Assembly: GCA_964562735.1 (NCBI GenBank)
Contig: CAZLUK010000092.1
Location: 1-39,435 of the forward strand
DNA: 39,435 nt
Reading direction: 5' to 3'
DNA from: an uncultured Candidatus Peribacteria bacterium
Lineage (GTDB): Bacteria > Patescibacteriota > Gracilibacteria > Peribacterales > Peribacteraceae
Below the pieces are notes generated by a model. The model saw only the letters and a program-made list of their open reading frames with translations. It had not been told where the DNA came from and ran no database searches. The position numbers were made by a program, and so were the translations under genes. Below are positions 33,612-39,435 of the stretch, piece after piece; within the stretch, counting starts at the first letter, position 1; each line of letters opens with the position of its first letter.

Positions 33612-34892
33612 ATGCATTCAAAGCGAAAGGATCTGTGGCTGTGGGCTTCCTATGACTTCGCCAATTCGATCGCGCTCATCAGTCTCTCGTTTTATTTCGG
33701 ACTATGGTTCATTTCAGAGCAGCACGCATCCGATGTCTGGATCAGTACGTCGGTTGCGGTATCGACGGTTGCCATGCTCTTTACGTTGCCGGTCCTTGGT
33801 AAAATGTCCGATCGCGCCGGGAAGCGCATGCCGTTTCTGATCGGGTGCTCGCTCCTCTGCATCGCGTCACTCATCGCACTCGGCCTCTTTACGGGGAGAG
33901 TGGAGCATCTCACGTTTATGTCCACCATGATCATTTTTGTCCTCTATTCCGCATTCAATTTTTTCTACAATTCCTGTTTCGCCTTCTACGATGCGTTTCT
34001 GAAAGAACTAACACAGAATGCACACTCACTCGAACGCACATCGGGGTTCGGCAACGGGATGGGGCAAGTAGGGAATGTTGTAGCGTTGCTCATTGCCATT
34101 CCTCTCGCGCAGGGGAGCATTTCCATTCTCGGTTTCAGCGGGAAGCCGCTGATTTTCATTGTCGCCGGTGTACTGTTTCTCCTCTTCGCGTTGCCGACTT
34201 TTCTTTTTCTAAAAGATAAGCCGCATGCGGCGGAACCGGTAAAATTGGGACGCAGCTTACGTGAAACCCTTCACGATCTGTGGCATATCCGGGAATATCC
34301 GGGGGTGCTGTCGTATCTCATCACGTATTGTCTCTTTGCCGACGCACTCCTCACGCTACAGCTGTTCGCTTCCTCGTATTTGGAGACCGTTGGGCACATG
34401 CCCGATACGCAGAAAAACATCACATTCATGCTTGCGGTTGGTACGGGAATCATCGGATCCTTCACCAGTCCGCTCTTCGTTCGGCTCTTCGGTTCCCGCA
34501 AGCGCGCGATCTCGGCCTTCATCGCGATGTGGACGGTGGTGCTCGCGCTCGTCGCTGTGGCAACTGTACCGTGGCTCTTCATGGTACTGATTATCTTGAA
34601 CGGCTTCGCATTCGGAGCGCTTTTTTCTCTTTCGCGCGCATTCTTTGCCGCTCTCGTCCCCGCAGACAAACAATCAGAGATGTTCGGCATCTATGCGCTC
34701 TTTGGGCGTACCGCATCCGTCTTCGGTCCACTCCTCTGGAGCGCGACAGCGCTCGCCTTCGCATCGTTCGGCGAAGATCGTTACCGGTTTTCCATCGTCG
34801 CGCTGGCAGTCCTCGTTCTTATCAGCTGGTTCACCATGCAACGAGTGAAAGAACCGCTGCATGCCAAGAGCTCTTCATCGTCATTGGTGTGA
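33612..34892 (+). CDS. MFS transporter (UMF1/Atg22-like family)
   Basis: 426 aa with about 12 hydrophobic segments. N-terminal signature WLWASYDFANSIALISLSFYFGLWF. Confidence 0.85.
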   Translation: MHSKRKDLWLWASYDFANSIALISLSFYFGLWFISEQHASDVWISTSVAVSTVAMLFTLPVLGKMSDRAGKRMPFLIGCSLLCIASLIALGLFTGRVEHLTFMSTMIIFVLYSAFNFFYNSCFAFYDAFLKELTQNAHSLERTSGFGNGMGQVGNVVALLIAIPLAQGSISILGFSGKPLIFIVAGVLFLLFALPTFLFLKDKPHAAEPVKLGRSLRETLHDLWHIREYPGVLSYLITYCLFADALLTLQLFASSYLETVGHMPDTQKNITFMLAVGTGIIGSFTSPLFVRLFGSRKRAISAFIAMWTVVLALVAVATVPWLFMVLIILNGFAFGALFSLSRAFFAALVPADKQSEMFGIYALFGRTASVFGPLLWSATALAFASFGEDRYRFSIVALAVLVLISWFTMQRVKEPLHAKSSSSSLV

Positions 34893-34971
34893 AATGGATC
34901 ATACGATTCTTGACTGGAGAAAAGAGCCATCAAGGTTTCCCGCAGCCACGGCGGTCGTGACCGCCCGTGGC

Positions 34972-35163
34972 GCAGACGGGACGCCGCGTCCCGAGGAAGA
35001 AGAATCATACGTTTCTTCGCTCTCACATTTATCACTACAAGCATGGCATTTTCGCTATCAATGTCCTGCTATTTTTGTTCACCAGCCGCTTAAATCGTTG
35101 GTTAACAAACGGCGAATCTTGCGCAGAATTGGTTACTGTTGCGGGACGCGGCGTCCCGTCTGC
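34972..35163. mobile_element. MITE-like repeat, family 2 (copy without nested element)
   Basis: Terminal inverted repeats GCAGACGGGACGCCGCGTCCCG (34972..34993) and CGGGACGCGGCGTCCCGTCTGC (35142..35163). The interior is collinear with 25954..26021 and 26209..26243. Confidence 0.55.
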
Positions 35164-35279
35164 GGGGAGAGAAGAAGAAGCGGGGCATGAAAAATATGAT
35201 GTGCGTTTTCAATCCATCAAAGTTTCTCCAACCAAGAATCGTATGATCCCCTCTTGCCAGCCGAAACGTCTAGGCCGAA

Positions 35280-35378
35280 TTAGTACACTGCCTCCAGATA
35301 GCACTTCTCGCCCTTCGATGCGCTGCGCTTACTCAGGGCGAATCGTGCCGACGGAGAAAAAATTGGTGACATAGATGT
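35280..35378 (-). repeat. R3 repeat, copy 3 (directly downstream of the paralog C remnant)
   Basis: Near-identical to 31753..31851, including the hairpin and the ..GEKCYLEAVY* remnant. Confidence 0.75.
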
Positions 35379-36614
35379 CTAATAGACAGTCTTCAGATAG
35401 CACGATTCGCAGTACACAATCTCTCTTCGAGAGCCTGTCATTCGAGACCCTGAGGGGTCCTCAGACCCTCGAAGGGAGGGCTCCTCAGAGCCTCGAACGG
35501 CAGAACGCTCAGGGCTGTACGTCGTCCGAATCGGTTTGCGGCATTTCCCGCATTCTCGGTCCCAGATTTTTGGAGGATTATGCATGCGGAAACGGTCTCT
35601 ATGCCGTTCGGTTGGATGACTAGATTCTCTTTTGAATCCGGACACCCTAATGAATTTGCTACACTCTTTTAATGAAAAACATCTCACAAGTTCTCACATC
35701 TTTCCAAAAGTGTACGTCATGGCAGCCATTCAGATAGTCGCCGCTGCAATCCTCACAGTTTACTAATTGCATTCCCCGACGGGGTAGACTCGCCATGGCT
35801 GCCCGAAAACGAATTTTCATCTCTTCTATGTAGGCGTAGGATCCAGTATCGAATACTAGCGACGTTTTCGATACTCTTCCTCCGAGAGCCCTTCATTGAA
35901 CCAGTGAAACCGTTTCTGACGCAGGCCATAGCATCCGATGCAATCAGAACAACCCTTAAGATCGTAACCGAAGATGCAATTATTACAGCTTTCAGAGTTC
36001 TGCAAATAGCGGCAATTGTAGAGTCTGCGGGAATCAAGGCATTCATAACAGAGTTCACTATCACCCATAAAATAACAGTCAACCAGGTATTTGCTATGTG
36101 TGCAGGGAGCTGCGCAGTAGTAACAATTCTCGACGAACCATGAGCCGCAGGTCATAAAGCAGTTCTTTCCGAAGGAAAAATCCGTCGTATATTCACAATT
36201 CTCACTATTGACTCCGTTGTCGTTCATCATCGCCAGATGTGGCACACGGTGATTGACCTCAAAAAACTGTTCGAGAAACGGTCGGCTCAGATCCACTGCC
36301 TGTCCATACGCGAATGGATCCCACTCTCCCCACCAACAACTGTGGCAGTACACCGGAAACGGCGCATCTTTGGCGTACAGTGCGATAATTTTCTTATTGC
36401 AACGAGCGCACGAACGCCCATACAAAGATCGTTCGTTGCGCCATGCGCTGCGCCGCTGCATGCGGCACATCGGACAGTGAATGGGCGCAGGAATCAGATA
36501 TTTCTTTCCGCCGAAGACCGGCGAGACTTTATCGTAAAACGTCAGATCGTTGCTCGTGACATCGAAGCTTTGCTTGCACCAGCCGTTTGCGCAGGTTTTC
36601 TGCATGCGCTTCAT
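35379..36614 (-). pseudogene. cysteine-ladder / zinc-ribbon protein, paralog C (decayed)
   Basis: The N-terminal 252 codons are intact (35856..36614) and include a complete CARC-x17-CHSC ribbon. 35688..35858 contains several in-frame stops plus a frameshifted CEDCSGDYLNGCHDV fragment. The C-terminal ~100 codons (35379..35687) are in the original frame. About 200 codons are missing relative to A, B and D. Confidence 0.7.
35424..35501 (-). repeat. 78-nt in-frame quasi-palindromic insertion in the C-terminal zinc ribbon (paralog C copy)
   Basis: Encodes SAVRGSEEPSLRGSEDPSGSRMTGSR between ..PER and REIVYCESC. Nested inverted repeats TTCGAG..CTGAGG..CCTCAG..CTCGAA and a 24-nt tandem repeat. Confidence 0.6.
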
Positions 36615-36615
36615 G

Positions 36616-36927
36616 CTACACCGAAATACCGTGCGCCTTCACCTCCTCGGCAAGTGTGAAATACTTGTTTTTCAGATCTTCTTCATGGAGACAGACCGTT
36701 TCAATCCGTCGGCTCAGCGGACGGCGTAATTTTCGGAGTGTCGTGTTCTCATCATGCACGGAAGGCAGGAAAGGCTTCACGATGACGGCGATATCGATGT
36801 CACTGTCCTCGGTTGAGTTGTCCGCTGCCATGGAGCCGAAGAGACGGACATCAATGACGGGAATGCCCGCTTCTAGGAGGATTTTTTTATAGGCAATGGC
36901 CACTGCGAGAGCTTGAAAGCGATTCAT
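36616..36927 (-). CDS. nucleotidyltransferase-domain protein (MNT-type antitoxin partner of HEPN)
   Basis: LFGSMAADNSTEDSDIDIAVIV is a pol-beta-superfamily NTase motif. The ATG overlaps the HEPN stop (ATGA). The stop lies 1 nt before the ATG of paralog C. Confidence 0.8.
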   Translation of the reverse strand: MNRFQALAVAIAYKKILLEAGIPVIDVRLFGSMAADNSTEDSDIDIAVIVKPFLPSVHDENTTLRKLRRPLSRRIETVCLHEEDLKNKYFTLAEEVKAHGISV

Positions 36928-37313
36928 AGGTGGAGGGCTTGGTCCAGTTTTTTGAAAAGGAGATCGGTATTTTTGAGCCACGCAGCAACATTTTCTTTTG
37001 TCGCCTTTTCTTCATGCCAGCGTTGATCTTCATAGCGAGCTGCTGTGCTGTAGCCGCTCAAGTCATCAAGGAGATCTTCTTCCTGCTCACTCCAATGTGA
37101 CGATAGTTGTTCTGCAAGAGCGGAGAGGTCATGTGTTGGAGGCGGATTTTTGTCTTTTTCAAGGATGAAGACTGCTTTCAGAGCCTTTTCTACCGCAAGG
37201 TGGCAATGGAAAAGTGCGAGTGCGTACTTGCCGTTTTTCGCGAGTAACCTGGCGGCATCGAGTGCATCATGTGCTCCTCTATGCCAGTGCTTGATTATCT
37301 CCGCTTGCAACAT
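36924..37313 (-). CDS. HEPN-domain protein (toxin partner of MNT)
   Basis: 129 aa. ..ALALFHCHLAVEKALKAVFI.. and ..YSTAARYED.. are typical of small HEPN proteins paired with minimal nucleotidyltransferases. Confidence 0.8.
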   Translation of the reverse strand: MLQAEIIKHWHRGAHDALDAARLLAKNGKYALALFHCHLAVEKALKAVFILEKDKNPPPTHDLSALAEQLSSHWSEQEEDLLDDLSGYSTAARYEDQRWHEEKATKENVAAWLKNTDLLFKKLDQALHL

Positions 37314-37318
37314 GACTT

Positions 37319-37345
37319 TTAGTATACCGCAGATAGAGCGAGAAG
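37319..37345 (-). repeat. degenerate paralog 3'-end remnant (R3-like, hairpin arm deleted) 5 nt upstream of the HEPN start
   Basis: The minus strand reads ..GCTCTATCTGCGGTATACTAA, then AAGTC, then ATG. Compare TGCTATCTAGAAACTGTATACTAA at the end of paralog D. Confidence 0.45.
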
Positions 37346-37517
37346 CGGAAATTTTTACGGAGCCTTAGAATCATTCCCCACCTTTTGTACGTGAACTGTT
37401 GGCTCCCTGGAACATGATGAAGCTTGTGTCATGAGACCAATCGACTAAGTAAAATTTTCCGAGGGAGAACGATGATGCGATCAGAGAATCAAATATAGGA
37501 ATGATGGATATGGATAG

Positions 37518-39242
37518 TTAGTATACAGTTTCTAGATAGCACGATTCGCAGTACACGATCTCTCTTCGAGAGCCTGTCATTCGAGACCCTGAGGGGTCCT
37601 CAGACCCTCGAAGGGATGGGTCCTCAGAGCCTCGAACGGCCGGACGGTCCGGAGCATAGGTTGTTTCGATTGCCGTTTCGCACTTCGTGCATGTTCTCGC
37701 ATACAGTTTCAGCGGATTGCGAAGTGCAAGACGCTTCGCATATCGCTGGTCGGGATGGAGGCGGGGTACGGGTAGCCGTAAAGATCGATAAAAATCGAGT
37801 TCCTGTTTAAGAATTTTAAAAGACCGCTTCGTTTCTTCGCATTCGATCGCCCAGTTCACGATGTCGTACGGAATATCGTCGATAGCGTCGGGTAATTGGA
37901 CTGCTAAAATTGTCTTGGTGACTTCCATTGGCGGTTCTGTGTGCTCAAACCATGCGAATCCTTCCGCTGCTGCCTGTTCTTTCGTCAGTGGAAAGTACGA
38001 GAGCGCAGTGCTTTCGTTATACGCGAACGGCGAACACACTTGCGGCAAAAATCTGCCCCATTCCCCCGTCTTTTTCATATGTGTAGCGAGCTGCGATCGC
38101 AGCTTTACGTATTCCTCTTTCTCATATTGCTTATTGAGGATGCAGTACTGCATTTTTTTAGCCCCGACGCAGCCGAATATATTTTTCGAGTGAAACGCCA
38201 TGTCGCAGTACTCAATGTCCGATGAGTCGAAGACGGAACAGGAATGACGGGCGTTGTAGGTACCTACTGCCGACTGCAGGTCATAGCACAGTTCGCCGGT
38301 GATGCACCCGGACAACAGGCTGTCCTTGGCCTGGCTAGCCAGGATCACATCTGACAAATCTTCGCTTTCCCAGGTGTCGAAACAGTTATGACATCCCTTG
38401 GATCCCTGAATGTAATCTCCCGTACAGTCCTCGGAGGAAAGAATATGTGCGAACTTCACGATGCGATGACTGCGGAGTTCAAGAAATTCTTTCCAGTTCT
38501 TTTGCTGCTGATGATAGGAACCGGAGAGCAGTTCTTGCTTCTGTTTCTCATATTCTTCCTTCGTGAGCTGCTTACTGCGAATGCAGTATGATTTTTTCAC
38601 GAGATTCGTACCGAGAATACAGTCACTACAGCCGATACAATCACTGATGAAGGCGCAGCTGCTACAATTCTGCGAATCGAAACCGAATGACGTGTCGTAG
38701 CAGTGATACGAATCTCCCAGAAAGTAGCAGCGTTCGTTGTGATTGCTGGTGTCCGAGTCTGAAATATTCTTGTTGTGCATGCCGAACGTGCCGTACATGC
38801 AGTCTTCATTGAAATCTCCGCCGAAGATCAAATAACAATTCCGGTTTCCCTGCGTCATATTGCAGTAATCCGAGTTTTCGGCCTTGATGTTCGTGAGCGC
38901 GAGCCGCGGAACTTTGAGCTGGAGTTCGCAGAGTTGCTCGAAGAACGGCCGGTTCCAATCGATATCGCGCCCATACGAGAGCGGGTCCCACTTGTCGCTC
39001 CACCAGACATCGGCTTTGTACACGGTGTACGGTTTTTCCGGAGCATAGATGGAAATGATCGGATCGCCCGTGAAATCACACTTCCTGCGATACAAATTTC
39101 GGCCGTTTCGGAAAAGAAGCCGCCGCTTGTGTCCACACGGAACGCAGTATGATGGCTCCGGCTCATCTGGAAATTTTTTCAGCAGTTCTATAGCCTTCGC
39201 GGAGAGCGAAAAGTGTTGATTGCAGGCAGCACAGGTGGACAT
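37518..39242 (-). CDS. cysteine-ladder / zinc-ribbon protein, paralog D (carries the 78-nt in-frame insertion)
   Basis: Same architecture as A and B. Start set at MSTCAACNQHF (39242) by analogy; the ORF opens at TTG 39356. The C-terminus is ..RTCTKC..APDRP[AVRGSEDPSLRGSEDPSGSRMTGSRR]EIVYCESCYLETVY. Confidence 0.8.
   Translation of the reverse strand: MSTCAACNQHFSLSAKAIELLKKFPDEPEPSYCVPCGHKRRLLFRNGRNLYRRKCDFTGDPIISIYAPEKPYTVYKADVWWSDKWDPLSYGRDIDWNRPFFEQLCELQLKVPRLALTNIKAENSDYCNMTQGNRNCYLIFGGDFNEDCMYGTFGMHNKNISDSDTSNHNERCYFLGDSYHCYDTSFGFDSQNCSSCAFISDCIGCSDCILGTNLVKKSYCIRSKQLTKEEYEKQKQELLSGSYHQQQKNWKEFLELRSHRIVKFAHILSSEDCTGDYIQGSKGCHNCFDTWESEDLSDVILASQAKDSLLSGCITGELCYDLQSAVGTYNARHSCSVFDSSDIEYCDMAFHSKNIFGCVGAKKMQYCILNKQYEKEEYVKLRSQLATHMKKTGEWGRFLPQVCSPFAYNESTALSYFPLTKEQAAAEGFAWFEHTEPPMEVTKTILAVQLPDAIDDIPYDIVNWAIECEETKRSFKILKQELDFYRSLRLPVPRLHPDQRYAKRLALRNPLKLYARTCTKCETAIETTYAPDRPAVRGSEDPSLRGSEDPSGSRMTGSRREIVYCESCYLETVY
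37563..37640 (-). repeat. 78-nt in-frame quasi-palindromic insertion in the C-terminal zinc ribbon (paralog D copy)
   Basis: 26 extra codons relative to A and B, at the same position as in paralog C. Hairpin-forming TTCGAG-ggt-CTGAGG-acc-CCTCAG-ggt-CTCGAA. Confidence 0.6.
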
Positions 39243-39404
39243 TGAACTTAGTCTATCATCTCTAAGGTAACAATTTTCACCCGCCCCTCCATCGTCAATT
39301 GCGTGAAATACAGGATCACATGATTCCTTGGTGGATAAAGTTTTTCCAATACACAATCAGATGACCTACATTGCTGCGTATTGGAACGCTCTCCCCCAGC
39401 CCGC

Positions 39405-39425
39405 AGCAGGGACGTCGCGTCCCTG
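39405..39425. repeat. variant of the family-2 palindrome (CAGGGACGTCGCGTCCCTG) at the window edge
   Basis: Near-perfect palindrome resembling the GGGACGCGGCGTCCC core of the family-2 terminal repeats. Truncated by the window end. Confidence 0.35.
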
Positions 39426-39435
39426 TTTCCGTCAC

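Noticed and set aside
33564-33621. 10-nt overlap of divergent start codons of paralog B (33621) and the MFS gene (33612)
   Set aside because: The N-termini of paralogs A, C and D align with the internal Met at 33564 (MQKHCVSCS). Using it removes the overlap, so the upstream extension is probably not translated.
1-39435. Alternative genetic code (UGA recoding as in some CPR lineages)
   Set aside because: Well-defined genes end at TGA at family-appropriate lengths (e.g. mazF region, HEPN, several hypotheticals). No conserved gene needs read-through of an in-frame TGA. The one broken gene (PMM/PGM) is explained by a 7-bp duplication.

Overview
39.4-kb bacterial window, read with the standard genetic code (TAA, TAG and TGA all terminate the long ORFs). 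Core genes are nrdR, aspS, tRNA-Leu(TAG), pyrF, comM/yifB, yraN, tRNA-Asp(GTC), an alpha-glucan phosphorylase, a frameshifted phosphomannomutase/phosphoglucomutase and recJ. Between them lie: a four-helix-bundle (23S-IVS-type) gene bounded by inverted repeats; a toxin-antitoxin islet next to tRNA-Leu (dinJ-yafQ twice, mazEF, one relE-like remnant); a tandem array of tRNA-Asp-like genes that has captured a relBE-type pair; an SLH-domain envelope protein; and a secreted Cys-rich-repeat protein followed by a membrane-anchored sigma-like protein. From 25.5 to 39.4 kb there is an accessory region with an XRE regulator, two nested MITE-like repeat families, a VirD4/TraG-like P-loop ATPase, an AT-rich inserted gene flanked by 54-nt direct repeats, an MFS transporter and a HEPN-MNT pair. 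It also holds four paralogs (one decayed) of a large cysteine-ladder/zinc-ribbon protein whose 3' ends have been copied repeatedly into the intergenic spacers. The two most unusual items are this paralog array (with its 3'-end-derived hairpin repeats and an in-frame palindromic insertion) and the tRNA-Asp-like array. Gene content and style fit a small-genome, CPR/Patescibacteria-like organism, but that is inference only. No database search or folding program was available; all calls rest on reading the sequence and translations.
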